DNA from: Phallusia mammillata
Taxonomy: Eukaryota
DNA length: 64,000 nucleotides
Direction of reading: 5' to 3'
Assembly (NCBI GenBank): GCA_965637545.1
Contig: OZ281495.1
Location: forward strand, 7,316,001 to 7,380,000
Positions within the stretch are counted from its first letter, which is position 1; every line of letters begins with the position of its first letter. Below the pieces are notes generated by a model, which worked only from the letters and a program-made list of their open reading frames with translations, had not been told where the DNA came from and made no database searches. Positions 24,754 through 36,700 of this stretch are shown one piece after another. The position numbers and the translations under genes were made by a program.

Positions 24754-27187
24754 ATGGCAAAGAAAATTGAAGTAAGTTATCGAAGGCATATCAGTTAGTG
24801 CATTTTTGCCTAGTTTTGCGAGCCTAAGTTGTTATTTTGCTATTGTCAGTTGCAAAAGTACGACGCAGAAGAATTTCAGTGTTTTACTGGAAGTGCTGGT
24901 AATCTTGGATCGGGTACTTATGCTGTAGTGATACTTGCAACTCATCAAGTTTTAGGTCAAGTTGCATTAAAGTGTTTTCCTGCTAGGGGTGGCCAAGCTA
25001 TGGAGGAACAGTAAGTAGCATTCTACTTTGTCAAACCTTAAAACTTTTACCTTTGTAAAATTTCCCTACTACACTAGAAATTAATAGCAAAATCAATCGT
25101 TCTATGCTGCTGGTCCGTTTGGAAACGATTTTTAGATTTACCTTGGTTAGTAACGTTTTAACTAGCTGCTGTCACACAGGGTTAAAAGCGAACTTGCCTG
25201 TCTTCAAAGATCAAACAACGAATATATTGTTCGTGTATTTGGCTGGACAGAATGGTCGGGTGGAAATGCTATTATCATGGAGTGTTGCGACTATGGCAAT
25301 CTCACGACTGTATTGTTGAACTCAAACATTGAACTGTCGGTGCCACTTCTTTTGCAAATGTGCACGGAAATGGCAAAAGGCCTGGCACACGTCCATAACT
25401 TTAGCAAGGAAAAACGCATGGTACATACTGATGTGAAGCCAGGCAATGTCCTTCTGGCAAAAGAGTTGCATTGTAGATTATCTGACTTCGGTGGGGCAAA
25501 AATATGTAACTACACAACTGCAGTTACGTCAGCTCCCAATCCCAAACGTGATCAATACACTTTAGCTTATACTGCTCCAGAGGTACTATGCCAACCCAGT
25601 TTGCCTTTGAGAAAAGAGCAAGACACTTATGGTTTTGGAATTACTACCCATATGCTTTTGACCCGACGTTTCCCATTCAATACAGCTAAAGATGTCTTTG
25701 TGGAAGCAGTTAAGTCAGGAATTCGACCTGACACTGCAGAGATTGAGCTCCTGAAGAAAAAATCAAGTGGTAAAGATCTAGAAAGTATTCAGGTGATGGA
25801 AGACGTGATGAAAAAGTGCTGGGAACAAAACCCGGAAGATAGGCCTAATATGTTGGAAGTCGCGAAGCGATTAAGTGAGCAACTGGCCAAATATCAACGT
25901 TTTGAGATTATCAGTAGTGTCATGAAAGCCATGAAACATATGACTCCTGTAGACGATGCTTCAAACCTCACAGGACAATGGGTTTCGCTTGACAGATTTA
26001 TGCCGGAAAGCCGTACTTTCATAGGTGTTCGAGTGCAAGATGACCAACCTTTAGTTGTTGCATCAGAAGGTATGTTCAAAATTCCATATTTAAGTCTGTT
26101 TATCATATAGTGGGCAAAGTCTTTGCTGGTGAGGCGTCTCATAAGCATTTCCATGCTGCAAGGAAAAAGTCAATCATATGGGCAACGCGTTGTTTTCCAG
26201 TTCGTTATTGCTAAATCCCTGGTATAACTATAAATCCCTGGTATATAACTATAAGACATACGTTTACTAATCCTTGTTTCCTAATCTTTCAGATGCAGTG
26301 TTGAAACAACTGCAAGAAGATCCATCTTTTAGAGAAATATTTCATAACGATTGTAAGACGTGTTTCTAGTCTCAAAAACATAGTTTTAAAAGTGTCTAGA
26401 TATTTGACAAGTTTTTGTTTATGTTGTAGTCAAAACGGCTTCATCGCTGATGCAGCGCTACGTGGACTTCGCGACCAACGGCCAATTTAACAACAACTTT
26501 ACTGTGGCATCCGAACTGCTGAGGATCATCGAATCTAGTCCAATATCTGCGGCCGACAGTGCCGAAGTGTACGCCGCAAAGCTTACAAAGAAAAATAAGT
26601 TCCTCCTTGCATTGTTGTTTTACTATATAGCTGGAACTTTGTACAGAAATAAGCGAAACAAATCGTACGCTTTGGACGGAATTGTTCGCTGCTGTGAGGG
26701 GCTTTTTGATGTCAGCGAAATGATGATGGCCCAAGATCCAGCAAACACAAATATACTGTCTAACCTCAGTATCAAATGCATTTACCAGTTGTGTAACATT
26801 GTTGCAAAGCTATCGTCTGTTGACAAGAAAAACAGATGCTTGACTTGGTCTTGGTGCATGTTCTACATGGAGTGCACCTACCATAGCACAAAGGACTGGA
26901 AAAGTATGGAAGCAACGCTGAATGAGGCATTACGAGGTTTAAACACGGTTTTCGGTGGAGAAGTTAAAAGGCAGTTGATCTACGCTCATTGCCTAAACGG
27001 GCTTGGCGTGACATATAAGCACCAGAAAAATTACCAAGCAGCTTGTCAACACTACAAGCAAGCGATAGAAGCGTACAGGCATCTTATTGAGGAAGGCAAC
27101 AAGTCTGAAATGGCAAATTACATTGAATTGGTGCAAAACAATCATCGCAAAGCCGAGCTTAAACTCGTTAAATCTCCACCAACATAA
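24754..27187 (+). CDS. RIPK-like (TKL group) Ser/Thr kinase with C-terminal TPR-like helical domain, about 628 aa, 5 exons
   Basis: Exons 24754-24771, 24850-25010, 25180-26069, 26293-26352, 26430-27187 (1887 nt, in frame). GSGTY, VALK, alphaC Glu (KSELAC), HTDVKPGN, DFG, YTAPE, CWEQNPEDRP; TPR-like YAHCLNGLGVTYKHQKNYQAACQHYKQAI. Confidence 0.85.
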
Positions 27188-27670
27188 ATGAATTTCCGAT
27201 TTTCATATCAATGCGTAAATAAACTTCTAAGTCATTTCTTAATCTGAAATGCACAGTATTTTTTCTTCATTGCAGTTAAACTGCTAAGTTTCACTTTTTA
27301 CATGGTGTTCGTTTAATCACACTTTTGTTAGTTTTTCTTCCATTTTAAAAACACTCACAAAACAGATTTAGCATACACAATAATAAAAGCATGAAAACAA
27401 TTAAATTGTGGTGTGAATTTGAAGCAATCTGGTGCATGCTTTGCTTCGTATATTTGGTAAACGTGTGGTATTCATTATGTAAATCAGACTTGTGTTTGTT
27501 GTTAAAAGTGAGAAATTAGGTCAACCAAAATATCTTGAGAAACACACAACAGTGTTAACAATAAAAAGGGCACTGTTACGATATTTTCTAAAAGCAAAAG
27601 AATGGCACAACTTGGAAACCTGAATGATATGAGTAGTAGTGGTTCGTCCCGGGGCTCCCTCCACCTGTTT

Positions 27671-27788
27671 GGTCCAGTCACCCCCAAGTGGCTACCGCCA
27701 CCTGGTCCCGTCACCCAAGTGGCTACCGCCACCTATTTTGGTCCCGTCACCCAAGTGGCTACCGCCACCTATTTTAGTACAGTCACCT
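27671..27788 (+). repeat. Subterminal 33-36-bp tandem repeats of the Polinton end (mirrored at 38173-38290)
   Basis: GGTCCCGTCACCCAAGTGGCTACCGCCACCT(ATTTT) three times plus a partial copy. Confidence 0.9.
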
Positions 27789-27927
27789 GTTGGTTGATTA
27801 TGTCATGCGGGTATTAATGTGGTCGTATCACCATTGTTCTGTGAGATCGCGACCGGTCGCGAGAGAGAGAGAGGACTAGAGCCGGCGGCGGTTTTTGTCG
27901 CCGTTCGCAAAAGTCGGAACTTGGTTG

Positions 27928-27935
27928 TATATAAA
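27928..27935 (+). promoter_or_regulatory. TATA box upstream of the Polinton ATPase
   Basis: TATATAAA about 45 nt before the ATG at 27979. Confidence 0.5.
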
Positions 27936-27978
27936 GCGTGTGCGTTGATTATTTTGTTAGTCTAGTTTTCATTTGAGA

Positions 27979-28261
27979 ATGGAGTTTATTCATCCATTTA
28001 CGTGTGTTGTTGCGGGTCCGACGGGTTGTGGAAAGACTTTTTTCGTTTCGCGTTTGATAAGTGAGAACTTGGTTACACCGCCTGCGGAGCGTGTGGTTTG
28101 GTGTTACGGTGTAGAATTTGTTCGCGGTCTTTCAACTGAATTTGACTCTTCGAAGAGAACACTTTTGATCATTGACGACTTGATGAGTGAATGCGACAAA
28201 AGCGTGACGAATCTATTTACAAAGGGAAGTCATCATAAGAATATAAGCGTGATTTACATTG
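27979..28261 (+). pseudogene. Truncated Polinton/adintovirus A32/FtsK-like DNA-packaging ATPase, left arm
   Basis: MEFIHPFTCVVAGPTGCGKT (Walker A), LLIIDDLM (Walker B), LFTKGSHHKNISVIYIV; cut by the LTR at 28262. Confidence 0.8.
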
Positions 28262-28828
28262 TGTCACAAATGTGCTATAGACCGACCTCCGATAGTACAT
28301 GACCTAATTCACAGGCGACGTTATCTTGCAATCACCGGACGTTCATTGTGCGTGCCAAGTCTTTTGTTGCAGGCTGCAGCCTCACACTGTCTTTTCCTTT
28401 GTTTTCGCCCAATGTATCAGTCTTATTGTGTCGCCCGTCACTCGCCGCAGCCGTTATTGTTGTAAATGTTCAAGTCCAGCAGAGTTAACGTTTTGACCCT
28501 AGCCATTGTGACTCGAACGATATAAATAGGCCTGTTTTGTAAAACGAGTCATTATAATACAAACTCGCGCTGGTAGAAGTTTATACGGTAGGGCGTTTAG
28601 CGTATGTGTGTTTATACAATTGTAATTTGATATAGTGGTTTAACTTACAATCGTTTACTGTGTCTGTAAGTAATCATATTTCTTGTATGTTGATTCTATT
28701 TGAATAAGGCAATAAAGGTGTAGGAAAAGTGGTTATTGCTGATCAGAGTACACGAGCGTTAGTTGTTAAAGAACTTCCGATAGTCAGTCCCAAATCTTTT
28801 GCGTAACCGTGCAAACGGGAACGTGACA
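28262..28828 (+). mobile_element. Gypsy 5' LTR, 567 bp
   Basis: TGTCAC...GTGACA inverted termini; TATAAA 28521-28526; AATAAA 28711-28716; PBS follows; first 215 bp match 33511-33725. Confidence 0.92.
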
Positions 28829-28830
28829 TC

Positions 28831-28848
28831 TGGGGGCTCGTCCGGGAT
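28831..28848 (+). promoter_or_regulatory. Primer-binding site complementary to the tRNA-Pro 3' end (mirrored at 37113-37130)
   Basis: TGGGGGCTCGTCCGGGAT is the complement of the eukaryotic tRNA-Pro 3' end ATCCCGGACGAGCCCCCA; it starts 2 nt after the LTR. Confidence 0.9.
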
Positions 28849-28896
28849 ACTGACTTAAAAACGCGAAGTTGAACACTAACCCCTGTAAGATCGGCA

Positions 28897-31800
28897 ATGA
28901 TGTCTATAAACCGTTATGTGGAGGCGGAAAAACAGATGGGACTGGTTGACCAAGACTTGCGTCAATACGTCGATGAGCAAATAAATAAGGAAGAAGAACG
29001 TGAGGAAAGGAGACTTAACCGTGAAGCCGAGACTGAGCGAAAGAGACTTGAGATCGAGCTGAGGAAACTTGAGGCCGACGCTGAACAGAAAAGACGTGAA
29101 GATGAGCAAAGAAAACAAGAAAGGGAAGAGCGGCAACAAGTCCGCGAGCACGAACTGGCTATGAAAAAGCTTGAGGTGGAAGATAGACAAAGCCGCGAAG
29201 AGACCAGAAGCACTTCGACAACGTGCAGCAGTAACGCTGGTGCCGGCAAGTGTCCAGAGCTTCCCAAATTTGTGGACGATGTGGATGACATGGACGGATA
29301 TTTGCTGCGGTTTGAGAGATACGCAGAGAATAGCGGTTGGGAGAGAAGCCAATGGGCGCCATGGCTCAGTGCACTGCTGACGGGAAAAGCGATGGGAGTA
29401 TACTCTCGACTGTCAGCAGAAGAGGCCAGGGACTACGAGGTGCTGAAACGTGCGTTGCGGGAACGGTATGGATTACGCGAGGACGGATACCGCCACAAGT
29501 TTAATAATGAAACCCAACAGCAAGGCGAAACGGTTTCCCAGTATTTCGTGCGGTTTGAAAATTACTTGGATAGTTGGGTGGAAATGGCCGGCATCGAAAA
29601 GACCTACAAAGGGCTTAAGGAACTTTTCCTTCGCGAAAAGTTCCACAAAGACAGTTACAAGGAACTGTCGCTGTACATGAGGCAGCACTCATCAAACGAT
29701 TTAAAGGAGTTCGCGGAAAAGGCCGATAGGTTTATTGGGCCGTTAAAAAAGACGATTAGCGGGCACAGCTGCGACACGAAACATCCCCGAGCTGCTGTGT
29801 ATTATTCCAACTGTGGTAGACCAATGCAACCAGGCGCGAGTCATCCTTTGTTGGGCCCCACTGACCGCCGATGCTTTATCTGCAACGCTCAAGGACATAT
29901 TGCAAGAGACTGTCGTTTGAGGAGAACCGAAGAGGGGCCACATCACCAAACAGACAGAGCAGAGAACGCCTTGGTTGTTCAGGTTCGGAACCAGAACCTT
30001 AAGGCGACAATGGGTCGAGTAGGACAGAGATCGGTGGAAACGATTCGCGATACGGGATGTACCTCAGTAGTGATTCGTAGGTCCTTAGTCTCAGATCACC
30101 AACTAACGGGAAAAGTGCAATACGTCCAGGGTTTCAAAGGGAAGGCTGAACCTGCACCGGTGGCGCTCAATACAGTCGACACGCCCTATTACTCAGGTAC
30201 GGTTGAGGCAATTTGCGTGACCGACTTAAACGTCGACCTAATCATTGGCAACGTACCTGGGACCAGAAATTGGGGCTCACCAGATCCAAACTGGAGTGCC
30301 GCACCCGTGGAAACCTGTGCAGTTGTCACACGATCCGCAGCACGTGAGCGGGGCCAAACGAAACCCTTAAGAATATCTGGCTGCAAAGGATTCGACGTTA
30401 TAAATCGGGAGTCTTTTCTACAAGCCCAAAATGAAGATGCATCATTGGATAAGTTTCGGGACAAGTCAGGGACAAGGTCACAGGGCGACGGTCATGTGAA
30501 GTTTGTTCGAAAGGGGAACCTCCTGTACAGAGAGTTCTGGCATCCTAAGTTCAACTATGGAAAGCCAATTCAACAGCTGATGGTTCCTATGGCTTATCGA
30601 TGCAAGATAATGGAGGTAGCTCATGACTCCATGATGAGTGGCCATATGGGTATAAAGAAAACGCTAGACCGCATTCTTAGAAATTTTTACTGGCCTGGTG
30701 TAAGAGGAGATGTTCAACGATTTTGCAAATCCTGCGATGTCTGCCAGAAGACGATTTGCAAGGGGAGAGTTGCAAAAGTTCCACTTCAGAGAATGCCAGC
30801 AGTCGATGAACCATTTAAAAGAGTTGCAGTAGACTTGGTCGGCCCAATTCACCCACCAAGTGAAGAGGGGCATCGCTATTTACTGACTTTGGTCGATTAC
30901 GCCACCCGGTATCCTGAGGCAGTGCCGTTGAAGAACATCACTACAGAGGATGTGGCGGAAGCGTTGGTTGATATTTACAGCAGGGTGGGCATTCCATACG
31001 AGGTGCTATCGGACCAAGGAACCCAGTTCATCTCCAGCTGCATGAGGGAGGTCGAACGGCTTTTAAAGGTGCGCCATCTAAAGACTACTCCGTATTCTCC
31101 GCAATGCAATGGGTTAGTTGAAAAATTTAATGGTACTTTAAAGACAATGCTGAAGCGACTGTGCAACGAGCAGCCGAAGCAATGGCATCGGTATGTAAAT
31201 CCCTTACTGTTTGCTTATCGTGAAGTACCCCAGGAATCCACTGGGTTTGCGCCGTTTGAGCTTCTGTATGGTCGAACGGTCAGAGGACCGCTTCACATCC
31301 TCAAGGACATGTTCACCAACGAGACAACAGATCCAGAAACCATGTGCAGCTACCAATATGTGTTTGAGCTTCGAGAGAGACTGGAAAATACCATGCAAAT
31401 CGCCAAAGAAGCAAGTGTGAGGGCACAAACCAGGTACAAGAAGAATTTTGACCGCAAGGCAAGAAGGCGGACGCTTAAGGAAGGTGATCAGGTTTTAGTT
31501 CTGCTCCCTACCGATAGCAACAAGTTGCTCATGCAATGGAAGGGACCGTTTCAAGTCGAAGGGAAAGTTGGAATCAATGACTACCGCGTAAACGTCAAAG
31601 GTAGTACTAAGCTTTACCACATTAACTTATTAAAGGAATACGTCCAACGAGGATCAACAGAAGAAAATGGATCGACGACAAGCGACGCGCTGGTAATGAG
31701 TGCTTTGTGCCATAATGAAATTCCCGACTCGGTGGACGACGACGAATTGCTGGAGTTAAACTTGGGAACCCACCATGAAACAACCGATGACCTGGTCGTC

Positions 31801-33419
31801 AGTGATTCTCTCACCGACTCACAGAAGCAAGAAGTCAGGAAGATTGTCGAAGCACATGTAGAGGTATTTTCTGAAAAGCCCGGATGCATGAACTTGGTTG
31901 AACACAGTATTCAACTTACCAACGAAAAGCCCATACGATCGAAGCCCTACGCAGTACCTTTTAACGTGCGCGAATCATTACGAAAAGATATTCGCGAAAT
32001 GTTAGACACAGGAGTGATAAGACCTTCAACGTCATCATATGCGTCACCGGTGGTTATTGTTCGAAAGAAGGATGGATCAAACAGGATTTGCATCGATTAT
32101 CGAAAACTTAACAAGGTAACGGTGTTTGATCCTGAACCTATGACAACGGCCCAGGATGTTTTCCACGACTTGAGAGACGACAAGTACTTTTCGACGATCG
32201 ATTTGACTAAAGGATACTGGCAAGTAAAAGTCACTGACTCAGACGTACACAAGACAGCTTTTGTGACACCGGATGGATGCTACGAATTTTGCAAGATACC
32301 ATTTGGGATNNNNNNNNNNNNNNNNNNNNNNNNNNNNNNNNNNNNNNNNNNNNNNNNNNNNNNNNNNNNNNNNNNNNNNNNNNNNNNNNNNNNNNNNNNN
32401 NNNNNNNNNNNNNNNNNNNNNNNNNNNNNNNNNNNNNNNNNNNNNNNNNNNNNNNNNNNNNNNNNNNNNNNNNNNNNNNNNNNNNNNNNNNNNNNNNNNN
32501 NNNNNNNNNGGATGGATGCTACGAATTTTGCAAGATGCCATTTGGGATGAAAAACTCCAGTGCAACGTTTGTACGCGGGATGCGAAAGTTGTTGAAAGGT
32601 ATGAGGAACGTGGAACATTACATAGACGACGTCATTGTACATACGAAAACTTGGGAAGAGCACCTTACGACGCTGCAAGAGTTGTTTAAGCGACTGGCGC
32701 AAGCCCACATAACTGCACGACCAACCAAATGTCTCCTGGGTGCAGGTGATGTTAATTTTCTGGGGCATCACATCGGGAAAAATGTCATTGGCTTGCATCA
32801 GGATAACGTGGAGAAAATAAAAGACGCATCAAGGCCAAGAACCAAAACGGAGGTCAGATCGTTCCTGGGGTTAACCGGCTACTATCGGGACTACATTCCA
32901 AACTATGCCTCTATAGCTGTGCCGCTAACGGATCTTACCAGAAAGGGTCACCCGGATACCGTCGATTGGGGCGACGAACAACAAACAGCCTTTGACAACC
33001 TTAAATCAGTATTGTCAAGCAAGCCAATTCTACATCTACCGGACACTACACGTGAATTTGTTTTACGGACCGACGCCTCATGCGAGGGTATTGGGGCCGT
33101 TCTGCTCCAAATGCACGATGAACAATACTTTCCAATAAGCTATGCGAGTAAAAGGTTATCGAGTGCAGAGCGACGATACTCCACCATCGAGCGCGAATGC
33201 CTAGCAGTCGTATGGGGGGTTAAAAAATTCATGGTATACCTATACGGACGGAAGTTTATCTTGCAAACAGATCATCAACCATTGTCCTTTTTGCAAAACG
33301 CCAAATTTGACAATGACAGAATCATGCGCTGGGCAATGTACCTTCAAAACTTTGACATTCGCTGCGAGTATATTAAAGGATGCGAAAATGTTGGGGCAGA
33401 TTATCTCAGCCGAATGTAA
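28897..33419 (+). CDS. Gmr1-like Ty3/Gypsy gag-pol polyprotein (Gag-PR-IN-RT-RNase H), about 1427 aa if the gap overlap is merged
   Basis: CCHC knuckle CFICNAQGHIARDC; protease DTG; IN HHCC and D,D(35)E (VAVDLVGP, LSDQG, GLVEKFN); GPF; RT CIDYRKLN, MPFG, YIDD; RNase H TDAS, ERECLA, TDHQPL. Merging the 39-bp overlap across the gap gives 4284 nt in frame. Confidence 0.9.
32310..32509. other. Assembly gap (200 N) inside the RT region
   Basis: Flanks overlap: 32271-32309 equals 32510-32548 except one base (A32298 versus G32537). Confidence 0.97.
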
Positions 33420-33510
33420 TTGGGTTTGGATTGCTTGTTATTGTCGCCACATTTGTGTTTGTTTAACGTAAATTTTCTCGAAAGAAACATTTCTTTTAAA
33501 AACGGGTTTG

Positions 33511-33725
33511 TGTCACAAATGTGCTATAGACCGACCTCCGATAGTACATGACCTAATTCACAGGCGACGTTATCTTGCAATCACCGGACGTTCATTGTGC
33601 GTGCCAAGTCTTTTGTTGCAGGCTGCAGCCTCACACTGTCTTTTCCTTTGTTTTCGCCCAATGTATCAGTCTTATTGTGTCGCCCGTCACTCGCCGCAGC
33701 CGTTATTGTTGTAAATGTTCAAGTC
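33511..33725 (+). mobile_element. Truncated Gypsy 3' LTR (first 215 bp only)
   Basis: Matches 28262-28476, then switches at AGTC into the reverse complement of RT sequence. Confidence 0.92.
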
Positions 33726-36700
33726 AGTGACTTTTACTTGCCAGTATCCTTTAGTCAAATCGATCGTCGAAAAGTACTTGTCGTCTCTCAAGTCGTGGAA
33801 AACATCCTGGGCCGTTGTCATAGGTTCAGGATCAAACACCGTTACCTTGTTAAGTTTTCGATAATCGATGCAAATCCTGTTTGATCCATCCTTCTTTCGA
33901 ACAATAACCACCGGTGACGCATATGATGACGTTGAAGGTCTTATCACTCCTGTGTCTAACATTTCGCGAATATCTTTTCGTAATGATTCGCGCACGTTAA
34001 AAGGTACTGCGTAGGGCTTCGATCGTATGGGCTTTTCGTTGGTAAGTTGAATACTGTGTTCAACCAAGTTCATGCATCCGGGCTTTTCAGAAAATACCTC
34101 TACATGTGCTTCGACAATCTTCCTGACTTCTTGCTTCTGTGAGTCGGTGAGAGAATCACTGACGACCAGGTCATCGGTTGTTTCATGGTGGGTTCCCAAG
34201 TTTAACTCCAGCAATTCGTCGTCGTCCACCGAGTCGGGAATTTCATTATGGCACAAAGCACTCATTACCAGCGCGTCGCTTGTCGTCGATCCATTTTCTT
34301 CTGTTGATCCTCGTTGGACGTATTCCTTTAATAAGTTAATGTGGTAAAGCTTAGTACTACCTTTGACGTTTACGCGGTAGTCATTGATTCCAACTTTCCC
34401 TTCGACTTGAAACGGTCCCTTCCATTGCATGAGCAACTTGTTGCTATCGGTAGGGAGCAGAACTAAAACCTGATCACCTTCCTTAAGCGTCCGCCTTCTT
34501 GCCTTGCGGTCAAAATTCTTCTTGTACCTGGTTTGTGCCCTCACACTTGCTTCTTTGGCGATTTGCATGGTATTTTCCAGTCTCTCTCGAAGCTCAAACA
34601 CATATTGGTAGCTGCACATGGTTTCTGGATCTGTTGTCTCGTTGGTGAACATGTCCTTGAGGATGTGAAGCGGTCCTCTGACCGTTCGACCATACAGAAG
34701 CTCAAACGGCGCAAACCCAGTGGATTCCTGGGGTACTTCACGATAAGCAAACAGTAAGGGATTTACATACCGATGCCATTGCTTCGGCTGCTCGTTGCAC
34801 AGTCGCTTCAGCATTGTCTTTAAAGTACCATTAAATTTTTCAACTAACCCATTGCATTGCGGAGAATACGGAGTAGTCTTTAGATGGCGCACCTTTAAAA
34901 GCCGTTCGACCTCCCTCATGCAGCTGGAGATGAACTGGGTTCCTTGGTCCGATAGCACCTCGTATGGAATGCCCACCCTGCTGTAAATATCAACCAACGC
35001 TTCCGCCACATCCTCTGTAGTGATGTTCTTCAACGGCACTGCCTCAGGATACCGGGTGGCGTAATCGACCAAAGTCAGTAAATAGCGATGCCCCTCTTCA
35101 CTTGGTGGGTGAATTGGGCCGACCAAGTCTACTGCAACTCTTTTAAATGGTTCATCGACTGCTGGCATTCTCTGAAGTGGAACTTTTGCAACTCTCCCCT
35201 TGCAAATCGTCTTCTGGCAGACATCGCAGGATTTGCAAAATCGTTGAACATCTCCTCTTACACCAGGCCAGTAAAAATTTCTAAGAATGCGGTCTAGCGT
35301 TTTCTTTATACCCATATGGCCACTCATCATGGAGTCATGAGCTACCTCCATTATCTTGCATCGATAAGCCATAGGAACCATCAGCTGTTGAATTGGCTTT
35401 CCATAGTTGAACTTAGGATGCCAGAACTCTCTGTACAGGAGGTTCCCCTTTCGAACAAACTTCACATGACCGTCGCCCTGTGACCTTGTCCCTGACTTGT
35501 CCCGAAACTTATCCAATGATGCATCTTCATTTTGGGCTTGTAGAAAAGACTCCCGATTTATAACGTCGAATCCTTTGCAGCCAGATATTCTTAAGGGTTT
35601 CGTTTGGCCCCGCTCACGTGCTGCGGATCGTGTGACAACTGCACAGGTTTCCACGGGTGCGGCACTCCAGTTTGGATCTGGTGAGCCCCAATTTCTGGTC
35701 CCAGGTACGTTGCCAATGATTAGGTCGACGTTTAAGTCGGTCACGCAAATTGCCTCAACCGTACCTGAGTAATAGGGCGTGTCGACTGTATTGAGCGCCA
35801 CCGGTGCAGGTTCAGCCTTCCCTTTGAAACCCTGGACGTATTGCACTTTTCCCGTTAGTTGGTGATCTGAGACTAAGGACCTACGAATCACTACTGAGGT
35901 ACATCCCGTATCGCGAATCGTTTCCACCGATCTCTGTCCTACTCGACCCATTGTCGCCTTAAGGTTCTGGTTCCGAACCTGAACAACCAAGGCGTTCTCT
36001 GCTCTGTCTGTTTGGTGATGTGGCCCCTCTTCGGTTCTCCTCAAACGACAGTCTCTTGCAATATGTCCTTGAGCGTTGCAGATAAAGCATCGGCGGTCAG
36101 TGGGGCCCAACAAAGGATGACTCGCGCCTGGTTGCATTGGTCTACCACAGTTGGAATAATACACAGCAGCTCGGGGATGTTTCGTGTCGCAGCTGTGCCC
36201 GCTAATCGTCTTTTTTAACGGCCCAATAAACCTATCGGCCTTTTCCGCGAACTCCTTTAAATCGTTTGATGAGTGCTGCCTCATGTACAGCGACAGTTCC
36301 TTGTAACTGTCTTTGTGGAACTTTTCGCGAAGGAAAAGTTCCTTAAGCCCTTTGTAGGTCTTTTCGATGCCGGCCATTTCCACCCAACTATCCAAGTAAT
36401 TTTCAAACCGCACGAAATACTGGGAAACCGTTTCGCCTTGCTGTTGGGTTTCATTATTAAACTTGTGGCGGTATCCGTCCTCGCGTAATCCATACCGTTC
36501 CCGCAACGCACGTTTCAGCACCTCGTAGTCCCTGGCCTCTTCTGCTGACAGTCGAGAGTATACTCCCATCGCTTTTCCCGTCAGCAGTGCACTGAGCCAT
36601 GGCGCCCATTGGCTTCTCTCCCAACCGCTATTCTCTGCGTATCTCTCAAACCGCAGCAAATATCCGTCCATGTCATCCACATCGTCCACAAATTTGGGAA

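Noticed and set aside
27671-27788. 36-bp repeats as a CRISPR array
   Set aside because: Units are head-to-tail with no unique spacers, the context is eukaryotic and there are no cas genes.
2373-30000. Incipient SCAN-zinc-finger fusion (Gmr1 Gag is the known source of SCAN)
   Set aside because: The Gypsy is more than 15 kb and four genes away from the ZF cluster, with no splice path.
32239-32798. ORFs with X runs across the N gap (also 46216-46533)
   Set aside because: Artefacts of translating through Ns.
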